Assembly (NCBI GenBank): GCA_963674865.2
Contig: CAXXYE010000009.1
Span: 1,920,001-1,984,000 of the forward strand
Reading direction: 5' to 3'
Length of the DNA stretch: 64,000 bases
DNA from: Candidatus Hydrogenedentota bacterium
Lineage (GTDB): Bacteria > Hydrogenedentota > Hydrogenedentia > Hydrogenedentales > SLHB01
Below the pieces are notes generated by a model that was given only the letters and a program-made list of their open reading frames with translations, was not told where the DNA came from and ran no database searches. Position 1 is the stretch's first letter. Each line of letters opens with the position of its first letter. This document shows, piece by piece, positions 51,100 to 60,837 of the stretch. A program made the position numbers and the translations under genes.

Positions 51100-51341
51100 G
51101 ATTCTATAGCACACCACCGCTAATTCCACGGCTTCCGGTGACCCGCTTCCGCACAGGCTGAGGTCGAGTTCTCATTTAGTTGGAGTGGGCCCACAGGTCC
51201 ATGGCCTTGAAGGTGGGCGCGTCGGAAAGGTCATTTGCCACTCCCCAAGAGCTTCCTTTTTATTCTTCAAAGCCTGCTCCCTGAGGGTCCGAGGATATAA
51301 AAACACTATCTGCTGAGATTGACGCGGTTTGAGAACCGGTA

Positions 51342-51851
51342 TCACTTACTAGACCGGAGCGGGCGCCATCCTTTGCTGGTTTGGGCGAGCAGGCGCATCA
51401 AACGAATGCGGTTGTATCTTTGGGTGACAATGCACGGGAGATTGGCCGCGACCGCGTAAGCCACCATCAGCCAACCGACCCACCAAGGATTCCAGAGAAA
51501 GAAGAGGGCCGAACAGGCAAGCACACTCCAATGCACGGCCTCACCACGGCAGGTTTCCCTCGCGAACCGATTGATGTATTCGGGATGGTTTGCGTTTAGG
51601 CGTTTCTTAGGAAACCCCTTCTTGAATAGTGCAGCCCCGTCCGGCAGCAGACCTTTCCAACGTCGCACAGCGAACATGACCTCGTACAAACGTCCGCCAA
51701 GTTCCCATGAACGCTCCCGGTAGCACCAATGGTCGGGTCGGAACAGCGCTATGGGCAGCTGCGTGCCGAGCCAAGCGGCCGTCATATGGATGATGGGCCA
51801 CGCCGCGACGTTTAACACTACTAACCATAGAAGGGGCAACTCGACAAGCAC
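51342..51851 (-). CDS. crtO: Glycosyl-4,4'-diaponeurosporenoate acyltransferase-like
   Basis: 'VRRWKGLLPDG', 'ETCRGEAVHW' and 'NLPCIVTQRYNRIRL' match CrtO; carotenoid gene context. Confidence 0.85.
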   Translation of the reverse strand: MLVELPLLWLVVLNVAAWPIIHMTAAWLGTQLPIALFRPDHWCYRERSWELGGRLYEVMFAVRRWKGLLPDGAALFKKGFPKKRLNANHPEYINRFARETCRGEAVHWSVLACSALFFLWNPWWVGWLMVAYAVAANLPCIVTQRYNRIRLMRLLAQTSKGWRPLRSSK

Positions 51852-51861
51852 GTTGACGTCC

Positions 51862-52971
51862 TCAGTCCTCCCTCGTTTTCTCCCCTGTCTCGCGACCTTT
51901 CCAGGATACCCGTTTGCCGCAGAGTCTCAGGTACATTGACCGAGCAAAAACGGCTTGGTAGAAGCAGAGCGGAATCGGGTAGAAGACCGACGTAACCAGT
52001 CTGAACGCCCCAATTCGCCGGAGGATGCACTGCAGTTGCAGCACGAAGAGCAGGTAGAGGCCTGCGCCAAGCCACAGCGCCATTGTGCTGGCTATGGTAC
52101 CCCACACCAGAAAGGCGGCAGCGAGAATGGCCCCGGTGAACCACCCCACACTGGCAAGCATGATCCAAGTCGGGGTCTCGGCTGCACCGAAGGCGAACGC
52201 TTTGCTCCAGCCCTGTATCAGGCTCCGAAGGCCTTCAGGGTACATCTGTATGTTGAAGCTGCCTCTGCCTCCAAGGCAGCGTGTAAGGACTCCCCGCTCA
52301 CGGAACGTCCTAGCAAGATGGAGGTTCTCAAGGATCTTGTCCTTCACCGCCCCGTGCCCTCCGACGGCTGCGTAGCTTTGGCGGTCAACCATTAGGAAAG
52401 GTCCCAAGAGTCCCGTGGCAGGGCGGTTGCGCCCACCAATGGCAAACGCACCCGTGCCAGCCACCATAAGGATGTTAAAGAACGCGGACAGTTCCTCGTA
52501 AAGCCGCTCGACACTGTGATAGGCAGCCACCGACAGCGCGCCACGTCCATCGAGATAGGTGTCAAGAATGGTGCGCAGGCCGCCGTCCTCGAAGAATGTA
52601 TCTGCGTCGAGGAAGAGGAGTATTTCGCCCGTAGCCGTGTCCGCCCCCTGCGTACATGCCCACGTTTTGCCAGTCCATCCTTCTGGTAGGGGCTTTGACT
52701 CTATAACGATGGCTCCGGCGGCGCGCGCCACGTCGGATGTGCGGTCTGTTGAGTCGTCGTCGACGACGATTATCTCGTGTGGCTGAATGCCCTGTGTTGA
52801 TAATGATACGAGCAAACGGGGTAGATTCCGTTCCTCGTTGCGCGCCGGTACGATCACCGATAATCTTGGATAGGAGTGTTGCTGTCCGGAGCGCTCACAT
52901 GTGGGAATGTGGAATAGGAAAAGGAACGCCGTACCCCAAAACAGAAAGATGATGAAGGTCAGGAGTATCAT
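51862..52971 (-). CDS. crtQ: GT2 glycosyltransferase, 4,4'-diaponeurosporenoate glycosyltransferase-like
   Basis: 'SVIVPARNEE', 'VDDDSTD', 'PEGWTGKTWAC', 'FLDAD', 'MYPEG...GWSK' and 'WKGR'; ATGA overlap with crtP. Confidence 0.8.
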   Translation of the reverse strand: MILLTFIIFLFWGTAFLFLFHIPTCERSGQQHSYPRLSVIVPARNEERNLPRLLVSLSTQGIQPHEIIVVDDDSTDRTSDVARAAGAIVIESKPLPEGWTGKTWACTQGADTATGEILLFLDADTFFEDGGLRTILDTYLDGRGALSVAAYHSVERLYEELSAFFNILMVAGTGAFAIGGRNRPATGLLGPFLMVDRQSYAAVGGHGAVKDKILENLHLARTFRERGVLTRCLGGRGSFNIQMYPEGLRSLIQGWSKAFAFGAAETPTWIMLASVGWFTGAILAAAFLVWGTIASTMALWLGAGLYLLFVLQLQCILRRIGAFRLVTSVFYPIPLCFYQAVFARSMYLRLCGKRVSWKGRETGEKTRED

Positions 52972-54467
52972 GTGTCCCATGCCAAGATTGCGCGGCACAC
53001 ATTTTGTCCACACAGGACAACCATGGGCATGCCGGCACCCGGATTCACGGATCCGCCTACGAAGAAGAGGTTAGGATACCGTGGGCTCTGTTTGGGCGCC
53101 TTAAAGCCCAGGTTCTTGAATCGGTCGCATACGACACCGTAGATGGAACCTTGGTTTGAGTAATACATACTCTGGATGTCCAAAGGCGTCCACATGTGTT
53201 CGAAGACTATGTGCTGCCGCAAATCCGAAAGCCCCATCCGCTCCAATTTCAATACGACGCGGTTACGCAACGCAGCGTAGTCGTCGCGGGTCAGCGGTCG
53301 GTCCGGGTCAATGTGGGGGATGTGCGGGAGAATCTTCAGACAATCGCAGCCCGGCGGGGCCACGGTGGGATCGCTCTTGGAAGCGGCTACGAGGTAGATG
53401 GTGGGATCGTCAGGTATCTGCCTCTTATGAAACACGCTGTTGAAATGGGTTTGCTGATCTCCGGAGAAGAAGAAGTTGTGATGAGCGAGTTGTGAATACG
53501 TTGTATCGAGGCCGAGATCGAGGACCAAGCCGCTACAGGCTGGCTCGAAGCGGCGCAGCTTCTTGAGAAAGCGCTTGTCCTCGTGCAATAGATCGCGGTA
53601 CGCGGGGATTACCTCCATGTTGCTTACGATTATGTCCGCATTGACCACGCCGCCATCCCTTAGCGTAAGTCCTGTCACGCGGTCTTGGTCTGTTCGAATT
53701 TCGACGACCTCGCAGTTAAGGTGCACCTGAATTCCGAGTTCTTCTATCAAACGTGCGAGCCCCCGGGCAATGTTGTACATGCCGCCTTCGACGTACCACA
53801 GATCGTGCCGGAACTGAATGGTAGCCAAACAGTTCATGAAGGCAGGGGCGTCATACGCCGAGGAGCCCACATACTTGATAAAGAAGTCAAAGATGTCGCG
53901 TAGATGAGGGCGCGTTAAATACCGGGCAACGCTCTGATGCATGTTGCGGAACAGGTCGAATTTCAGGAAGTTGAGGAGCCCATAGTGTCGGCGGAAGTCC
54001 GCGGATGTGTCTAAGCCTTTCTGGAAATAGCCGTCGTTGACTAGATCGTAGAGCTGCGCCGAATACCTCAAGAAAGCCTCTAGCGCCTCCGGTCTTTCCC
54101 CTGCCTTCCGGGCCTCCTCAGCCATGCGGTCCGGCTCAGGGTAGAGGTCGATGGCGGCACCATCCTCGAAGAAGTTCCGCCAATGCGGCCGGACGGGCAA
54201 GATAGTGAAGTAATCGGACATTCTATGGCCCGAACGGTCGAAAAGGGGCTCAAAGAAGTGTGGAAGCGTTAGAATGGATGGACCCAAATCGAAGGTGTAG
54301 CCTTCCGCCCTCAAGACGTTCAGTTTGCCTCCAATTTGGCCGTTTTTCTCGTAAATCGCGACCGGGTAGCCCTCCTGTGCAAGTGAAATCGCGGCAGAGA
54401 TTCCGCCCAGCCCTGCACCGACCACAACGACGTGTTTGTCTCTCTCTCCCGCACAAGACTTATTCAT
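52968..54467 (-). CDS. crtP: 4,4'-diaponeurosporene oxidase (CrtP/CrtNb, phytoene desaturase family)
   Basis: 'GAGLGGISAAI', 'FDLGPSILTLP', 'SNMEVIPAY' and 'GGSVNPGAGMPMV' resemble the CrtP subfamily. Confidence 0.8.
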   Translation of the reverse strand: MNKSCAGERDKHVVVVGAGLGGISAAISLAQEGYPVAIYEKNGQIGGKLNVLRAEGYTFDLGPSILTLPHFFEPLFDRSGHRMSDYFTILPVRPHWRNFFEDGAAIDLYPEPDRMAEEARKAGERPEALEAFLRYSAQLYDLVNDGYFQKGLDTSADFRRHYGLLNFLKFDLFRNMHQSVARYLTRPHLRDIFDFFIKYVGSSAYDAPAFMNCLATIQFRHDLWYVEGGMYNIARGLARLIEELGIQVHLNCEVVEIRTDQDRVTGLTLRDGGVVNADIIVSNMEVIPAYRDLLHEDKRFLKKLRRFEPACSGLVLDLGLDTTYSQLAHHNFFFSGDQQTHFNSVFHKRQIPDDPTIYLVAASKSDPTVAPPGCDCLKILPHIPHIDPDRPLTRDDYAALRNRVVLKLERMGLSDLRQHIVFEHMWTPLDIQSMYYSNQGSIYGVVCDRFKNLGFKAPKQSPRYPNLFFVGGSVNPGAGMPMVVLCGQNVCRAILAWDT

Positions 54468-55284
54468 CGCTTCCGGTTCCCCGCTTTAGCATGTCTAACC
54501 GGCGTTGCGCCAGTTTGTTTTGAGGATTCAACGCTATGGCATTGCGAAAATACTGCGCTGCTTTGTCCAGATTCCCCAGATGCTCGTAGGTTTGCCCGAG
54601 AAGTGTGAGGCAGTGTTCGTGGCCCCACGTTGGCGCCGATGCACGTGGTTTCCCATGTAGGGCTACAGGAACCTGAAAGAGTTCCGCCGCACGCAGCAAA
54701 TGGGGCAGGCCCTTCTCCGCGCCTCCAAGAAAGCCCGGCCCTTGGACAAAGGCCGCGCCAAGGAGGTAATGGACCCGAGGATTGTCTGGCCCATGGCGCA
54801 AGGCATGCCGCTTGTGGCGCAGCACAGCGGGCCCCAGCCAAAGAGCATGTGAGGGATGCCGGGCGATTTCCATACCGGCCAGCGTGCCCAGCAGTGCATG
54901 CGCCTCCGAATCGGATTGCTTGAGTTCCGCCGCTTTTTCGAGCGCCTTCCGTGTTTCTCTCAAGAGATGACCAAACTCCCGGTTTTCAAGCGAGCGCTTC
55001 GTATCGCCTTGCCGGTGTACCAAAACATGGAAACGTGCAACGCCCAGCCAGTAATGGGCCAGGTAGTCTTCCGGTGCTGTCTCGCAGACTTTCTGAAAGA
55101 GGTTGACAGCTTCCGAGAGCCTCTCTCTGTCCCACGCGCGGTAGCCTTCGTAGAACAGCTCAACTCCGTGCTCGAGCTGGCCCTGAAGTTGAGAAGGGTA
55201 CACTCCTGTTGAAGTCAGCAGAAGCAGAAACCCCACTCCGGCAAGGCACAGTCGCATCACAGGCTTTCTCTCTCGGGTAAGCAC
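54460..55284 (-). CDS. Secreted TPR protein
   Basis: Signal-like N-terminus; TPR patterns 'AHYWLG', 'SEAHALLG', 'NPRVHYLLG', 'AAQYFRNAIALNP'; overlaps the crtP start. Confidence 0.75.
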   Translation of the reverse strand: MLTRERKPVMRLCLAGVGFLLLLTSTGVYPSQLQGQLEHGVELFYEGYRAWDRERLSEAVNLFQKVCETAPEDYLAHYWLGVARFHVLVHRQGDTKRSLENREFGHLLRETRKALEKAAELKQSDSEAHALLGTLAGMEIARHPSHALWLGPAVLRHKRHALRHGPDNPRVHYLLGAAFVQGPGFLGGAEKGLPHLLRAAELFQVPVALHGKPRASAPTWGHEHCLTLLGQTYEHLGNLDKAAQYFRNAIALNPQNKLAQRRLDMLKRGTGSDE

Positions 55285-55428
55285 CTACCTACCAACATCC
55301 ATAATAACGCCTTTGCTTCTGGTCAGCAATTGGCTGCCGTGCGGCAGGAAATGCTTGAGTATAGTTTCCAAGATGTGTAACCCTGAATAGGCCGCACGCC
55401 TCGACGATGCCGGTGAGGAAAACGCAGC

Positions 55429-56859
55429 ATGCAAGAAGACGCAATCCCCGCTACAAGTGGTTGTTCCTCGCGTGTTGTGTCCGCCCGGAGCGTCTTAACA
55501 CGACTCCGCGCTTTCTATGACTCCCAGAAGACACGGTCTTTGGACTTCCGCAAGGAGCAATTGTGCGCGCTGGGGTGTGCCATCGAGGTACGCGAGTCAG
55601 ACATACTAGAGGCACTCTACGAAGATCTCCATAAACCCCGTCAGGAAGCGTACGTATCGGAGGTGGGATTTGTCCTAAGCGACATTTCGTACACGCTCCA
55701 ACGTTTGGCCCGCTGGGCGCGGCCGAGGCGCCGGCGCGGCCCTTTGCTTGCGTGGCCGTCCCGGGGCCTTATCCTTCCCGAACCTTACGGCACGGTGCTT
55801 ATCATCGGTCCTTGGAACTACCCGTTTCAACTCCTTCTTTCCCCGCTGGTAGCGGCTATTGCCGCGGGCAATTGCGTCTGCCTCAAACCCTCTGAGCTTG
55901 CGCCGGCAACATCCGCCGTGGTTGCGAGGATGGTGCTGGACACATTCTCAGAGGACTACATTACCGCGGCTGAGGGCGGGCCGGAGACCGCGGAAGAGTT
56001 GACGAATCAGGGATTCGACTACATCTTTTTTACCGGCAGCATACGTGTCGGACGCCAAGTCATGGAAGCCGCCGCGCGGCATCTGACGCCTGTCACTCTG
56101 GAACTGGGGGGCAAGAGCCCTTGCATTGTCTGCCATGACGTCGACTTGACGCTTGCTGCACGTCGCATTCTTTGGGGCAAATGTATGAATGCGGGGCAGA
56201 CCTGCATGGCCCCGGACTATGTCTGGGTGGACGCCCTTGTCGAGCGGGAGTTTCTCACGGCGTTGGGGAGTGTACTCAATGAGTTTTATGGGGGCGCGCC
56301 GCGGCAGAGCCCGGATTACGGGCGCATTATAAACCGGGGCCATTTTGACCGCCTGCTCGGCTACCTAGGACAAGGTCGCCTCGTCTGCGGAGGCGAGCAT
56401 GAAGCTGATGGACTTTTCATGGCTCCCACCATACTGGCGGACGTATCTCCCTCGGCGCCCGTGATGCAGGAGGAGATTTTCGGGCCGATTTTGCCGGTGT
56501 TACGTTTTAATGACATTGACGAAGTACTTGTCTCGTTGAAACGGCGCCCCAAACCGCTTGCCCTGTACGTTTTCGCTCGCAACCGTGCTTTTCAGGCTCG
56601 CATTCTCGCCGAAACGGCGTCCGGGGGAGTCTGCGTTAATGACACGATGACCCAAGCGTTCGGTAAAACCCTTCCCTTCGGCGGCCTTGGTGCAAGCGGC
56701 ATGGGGAGCTACCACGGTAAGGCCGGCTTTGACTGTTTCACGCACTACAAGAGTGTCCTCCGGAGATCGACCTGGCCTGACCTTCGTTTTCGTTATCCGC
56801 CAACGCGGCACTCATTGGCCACAGTGAAGCGTTTTTGTCGTCTTTTCATGCGGCGGTAA
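55429..56859 (+). CDS. Aldehyde dehydrogenase (ALDH3-like; probable carotenoid aldehyde oxidase AldH/CrtNc)
   Basis: 'PWNYP', 'FFTGS', 'LELGGKSP', 'NAGQTC' and 'EEIFGP'; specific role inferred from context. Confidence 0.85.
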   Translation: MQEDAIPATSGCSSRVVSARSVLTRLRAFYDSQKTRSLDFRKEQLCALGCAIEVRESDILEALYEDLHKPRQEAYVSEVGFVLSDISYTLQRLARWARPRRRRGPLLAWPSRGLILPEPYGTVLIIGPWNYPFQLLLSPLVAAIAAGNCVCLKPSELAPATSAVVARMVLDTFSEDYITAAEGGPETAEELTNQGFDYIFFTGSIRVGRQVMEAAARHLTPVTLELGGKSPCIVCHDVDLTLAARRILWGKCMNAGQTCMAPDYVWVDALVEREFLTALGSVLNEFYGGAPRQSPDYGRIINRGHFDRLLGYLGQGRLVCGGEHEADGLFMAPTILADVSPSAPVMQEEIFGPILPVLRFNDIDEVLVSLKRRPKPLALYVFARNRAFQARILAETASGGVCVNDTMTQAFGKTLPFGGLGASGMGSYHGKAGFDCFTHYKSVLRRSTWPDLRFRYPPTRHSLATVKRFCRLFMRR

Positions 56860-56940
56860 CTTTTTGGACTATAATAGGGCGAGCGGTGCACTTGGCAGGT
56901 GAAGGATACACTGTCGCATGTGCGCGAGCGCGGAGGTAGC

Positions 56941-58458
56941 ATGAAGGCCAGAGAGAAGCATGTCGTGATCGTTGGCGCAGGTCCCGGTGGTTTGACGGCG
57001 GCCATGATCCTTGCTCGGCGCGGATTCCGTGTAACCGTTTTTGAGACCAAGAGCCGGGTAGGCGGTCGTAACGCGCCTATCGAGCTTGGGGGCTATACCT
57101 TCGACACCGGCCCAACGTTCTTGATGCTCAAGAGTGTCCTCGATGAAGTCTTCCACGAGGCCGGCGCGGCGACGGATGGCCTCATGGATGTGCGCCGCAT
57201 TGAGCCGATGTACCGCCTCCAGTTCCACGACAAAGTGTTTGAACCTACCAGTGATCCGGAGGTGATGGTCGAGCAAATACGGCGGCTGTATCCTGGCCGC
57301 GAGGCAGGCTACTACGCGTTTCGGAAACGGGAAGCGGTCCGGTTTGCCAGGCTCTTTCCTTGTCTTCAGAAGCCCTACCATGTGTGGCGCACGCTGCTCA
57401 CTGTTGACATGGTCGCGGCCATCCCGCATCTTGCCCTGGGACGTAGCCTGTTCCAGGTAATGCAAGGCTATTTCAAAGATGAGCAGTTGGCTCTTGCCTT
57501 CACGTTCCAAGCCAAGTACCTCGGTATGTCTCCCTGGGACTGCCCGGGCCTATTCTCTATCATTCCCTACATTGAACATAGCATGGGTGTTTACCATCCC
57601 ATCGGCGGTTTAAGCCGCATCTCCGATTCCATGGCTGACGTGGCGAAACAGAATGGGGCGGATATTCACCTGGGCGTGCCCGTTAGCAAGATTCTGACCA
57701 ATGACCGCGTTGCCTGCGGCGTCGAATTGGACAACGGCGAAAAGGTCTTTTCCGATGACGTGGTCGTTAACGCCGATTTCGGCCACGCGGCAACCCACCT
57801 TTTCGAGCCCGGGACGATGCGGAAGTACACCCCCGCCAAACTGAAGCGCATGCGCCTCTCCTGTTCAACCTTTATGCTGTATCTCGGCCTGGACAAGGAA
57901 TACGACCTTCCACATCACACCATCTGCTTCGCCTCCGACTACCGGGCCAACATCGAGGCTGTATCCCGCGGGAAAGAGCTTGGTGAAGATATCTCGTTTT
58001 ATGTGCGGAACGCCGTACGTACCGACTCCACGCTGGCGCCTACCGGTTGTTCGTCGCTCTATGTGCTGGTACCTGTCGCCAACCTTCGCGGAGGTGTCGA
58101 CTGGGCCGCACAAAAGGACGCGCTTCGGGAAGTGACGCTAGACGCTCTTGAAACCCGATTGGGCATGACGGGAATCCGCGCGCATATTTGCGAAGAGAAG
58201 GTGATTACGCCGCAGGAATGGGAGCGCGACTACAGCACCTATGAGGGCGCGACCTTTAACTTAGCCCACAATTGGCGCCAGATGATTTACTTCCGGCCGC
58301 GCAACAAGTTCGAGGAACTCGACCATTGCTACCTGGTCGGTGGGGGCACCCATCCCGGGAGCGGTCTTCCCACGATTTATGAATCAGGGAGAATTGCGGC
58401 GAATCTGATTAGCCGCTCCTACGGCATTCCCTTCATTTCGGGCAACCTGCACGTCTAG
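56941..58458 (+). CDS. crtN: Phytoene desaturase family protein, probable 4,4'-diapophytoene desaturase
   Basis: GGAGG RBS; 'GAGPGGL', 'FDTGPTF', 'KYLGMSP', 'SCSTFMLYLG' and 'GGGTHPGSGLPTIYESGRI'. Confidence 0.75.
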   Translation: MKAREKHVVIVGAGPGGLTAAMILARRGFRVTVFETKSRVGGRNAPIELGGYTFDTGPTFLMLKSVLDEVFHEAGAATDGLMDVRRIEPMYRLQFHDKVFEPTSDPEVMVEQIRRLYPGREAGYYAFRKREAVRFARLFPCLQKPYHVWRTLLTVDMVAAIPHLALGRSLFQVMQGYFKDEQLALAFTFQAKYLGMSPWDCPGLFSIIPYIEHSMGVYHPIGGLSRISDSMADVAKQNGADIHLGVPVSKILTNDRVACGVELDNGEKVFSDDVVVNADFGHAATHLFEPGTMRKYTPAKLKRMRLSCSTFMLYLGLDKEYDLPHHTICFASDYRANIEAVSRGKELGEDISFYVRNAVRTDSTLAPTGCSSLYVLVPVANLRGGVDWAAQKDALREVTLDALETRLGMTGIRAHICEEKVITPQEWERDYSTYEGATFNLAHNWRQMIYFRPRNKFEELDHCYLVGGGTHPGSGLPTIYESGRIAANLISRSYGIPFISGNLHV

Positions 58459-58694
58459 GATATGGAGCTCATCGGGGGTGGGGAAGAGGGAAAAACCCTA
58501 AGACTATGCCCGGCAGACTGCAGGATACCATTGGTATCTAGGGTCGCATGCCTTGGGCAGGTGGAGCCCCAACCGGTGCGCGAGCGTTTCTCATTGCCGC
58601 CAGCGCGCATACTCCCGGAAAAGAGCTCTGCCGCAGAGCAAGACATCATTTGGGGCAGCTTGGATATCAGGCACATCGTCTAATACTGTCTCCG

Positions 58695-59240
58695 TTAATG
58701 GTCTGGGTGCTGTGTCTTCTCGATTTTGTTGATATCAAATCCGCGTTGCCCGAGACGTGCCAGCAATTCATCGTAAGTGGCTCTGTCGATCGTTGGTGTT
58801 CGGCTCATTATCCAGAGGTTTCTGCGCGATGGCCCGGAAACGACCGCGTAAGCATAGTGTTGGTCCAACTCGATGATCCAGTAGTCCGCCGGGAAGAACC
58901 GGACTGGGAAGGGGTCAAAGCGGACGCGGAGCTTGGCCGGGCTCTCTGGGGCGGGGACAGTGGCGTATCCCTCGATGATTGCCGTCTTTCCCTCAAACGC
59001 CCCCTTAAACCCCTGGTGTTTCACCCGAATCCGTCCGTCCTCTTCCAGGTTGTATTCCGCCGTCACCGCAACAAGGCCCCGTTCAAAGAACACCGGGAAT
59101 TTGGCTATCTCGTGTTAAACGCCCATGTAGCGTTCGAGGTCAACGTGGGTGACTGTCTGAGGAGGCTCCACTGTGGCGCATCCGGCGAGAACGATTGCCA
59201 GAGCGGCCAGCCAAGAATCCCCTGTGATACCGGCTGCGTA
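58695..59240 (-). pseudogene. Bacterial lipocalin (Blc-like) pseudogene
   Basis: Lipobox 'LAGC'; 'VDLERYMGV*HEIAKFP' has TAA (59115-59117) in place of the conserved Trp; later 'DYWIIELD...YAVV...LWIMSRTP'; 5' end unclear. Confidence 0.8.
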
Positions 59241-59241
59241 C

Positions 59242-59280
59242 GAGTCAGTAACCACCAGCAGAGCTGGTGGTTACTGACTC
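59242..59280. repeat. Perfect 39-bp hairpin (18-bp arms) resembling an IS200 end
   Basis: GAGTCAGTAACCACCAGC-AGA-GCTGGTGGTTACTGACTC. Confidence 0.85.
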
Positions 59281-59319
59281 TAATGGACCGCTTGCATATT
59301 TCGGGTGCGGCCACCTCTC

Positions 59320-60507
59320 TCAGCGAGGCATGTGAAAGGACTTTGGGAGTTCCTCAAATTCGGGCCGCGCGAACAGCCATCCCTGAAACAGCTCGATCCC
59401 CTCATTGCTCAACCATCCATACTCATCGGTGGTCTCGACACCCTCTGCAATGATGTCGATACCCAGATCCAGGCAGGTGCGCATAATGCCCCGCACAATG
59501 GCTTGCCTCGGGCCGTTACACTCGATGCCGCGGACCAGATGCATGTCGAGCTTAATGAACTCTGGCTGAAAATCCGCAAGCAGATTAAGGCCGGCATACC
59601 CCGCACCGAAATCATCAATGGCGAAGCTCAGCCCAGAACCCCGGTGTTGATTAACCGCAGTCCGGAACCTGTCGAAGTCACTTATGAGTTCTCTTTCGAG
59701 GATCTCCAGGACGAGTCGTGTGGGCCGGATATGGTAACGTTCTGCAGCGCCAAGTATGGAGGCTAAGGCCGTCGGCGAGGACTCTACGCTCAACGGAAGA
59801 AAGTTGAGATTCAGGTGCGTCGATAGCCCCATGCGCGCCGCCAACTCTATGGCTACCGTACGGGTATGCTCATCGAACCTGTGCATTTCGGACACGGGGA
59901 CTTGCTCGAAAAGGTATTCGGCCGGCTCATTGCCTTTCCCGCGTACCAACGCTTCATAAGAAAAGACTTTGCGAGTCTTTGCATTGATAATGGGCTGAAA
60001 AGCGTAAGAGAAGCCAGGATAAGATGTGACGGCGGACTGTTTCGTGGTCTCTGGCGGGTCGACGTTGGTATCAGTCAACCGCGCGCGCCAGCGTCCTTGC
60101 CTGAACGCCGCCAAGAGTTTCTTGGCGCGGCCTTGGCCCAGCTTACCGAAGGACTCGGCTTTGCCAAAGAAGTCGTTCGCGCCTAGGATCTTGTCCACTT
60201 CCTCTGGCGTAATATCCGCGTAACCCATTGTCCAATCACTGAACGAGCGGTGGGCAATCGGTTCGCGGATGATCACCGTTACCTTGCTGTGACGTTCATC
60301 CCGCTTAATGGTCTCGAAGAGCGCGTCCACCTTGTTCGATTCGCCCTCAAGAACCTGGAAGAAACTGCCCTGCGCATAGAGAAGCATCCCTGTCACGCTA
60401 GACTGGAGGTTCTTGCGGCGCGAACTTGCAAGGAGGGCCATTAGGTCACGATGACTGAATGGGCGTGTGGCCGCACTGCTGTAAACGAGATGGATTAGCT
60501 GCGACAT
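59320..60507 (-). CDS. BLUF-EAL blue-light-regulated c-di-GMP phosphodiesterase (BlrP1-like)
   Basis: BLUF 'LVYSS...RRKN...TGML...FFQVLEG...DERH...WTM'; EAL 'YEALVRG', 'EILE', 'IDDFGAGYAG', 'IKLD', 'AEGVE', 'QG'. Confidence 0.92.
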   Translation of the reverse strand: MSQLIHLVYSSAATRPFSHRDLMALLASSRRKNLQSSVTGMLLYAQGSFFQVLEGESNKVDALFETIKRDERHSKVTVIIREPIAHRSFSDWTMGYADITPEEVDKILGANDFFGKAESFGKLGQGRAKKLLAAFRQGRWRARLTDTNVDPPETTKQSAVTSYPGFSYAFQPIINAKTRKVFSYEALVRGKGNEPAEYLFEQVPVSEMHRFDEHTRTVAIELAARMGLSTHLNLNFLPLSVESSPTALASILGAAERYHIRPTRLVLEILERELISDFDRFRTAVNQHRGSGLSFAIDDFGAGYAGLNLLADFQPEFIKLDMHLVRGIECNGPRQAIVRGIMRTCLDLGIDIIAEGVETTDEYGWLSNEGIELFQGWLFARPEFEELPKSFHMPR

Positions 60508-60837
60508 GGCGCATTGTCCTTCAAGGCGGGTCCATCTCCTGGAAACGCACAAATGCTCTTAACACAAAGGCGACCGCGAACCGTTGTCTGCTTTCAGCAC
60601 GCGTACTCTGATCCTATGCTACTTTCAAGAAGCAAACGGGTCAAGCTTCCTCAGTATCCGGGTCAGGCGGAAGCACCAACAGCAATTGCGAAGCTTTCAT
60701 CGCATCCCGCGCTACCCATCATAACCTGGCACCGCCCGAAAGCTACACGGCTTTGCTCCCAGAATGGAGGTACGATCAGGCCACGAAAACAACTGCCTTC
60801 CAGGAGAGAGACCATTGTCAACGTCGCTGCAGTCCGT

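Noticed and set aside
55285..55428. Light-responsive operator or ECF promoter in the crt divergent region
   Set aside because: TGTAAC is present, but I could not identify a convincing second element or a PpsR/CarH-type repeat.
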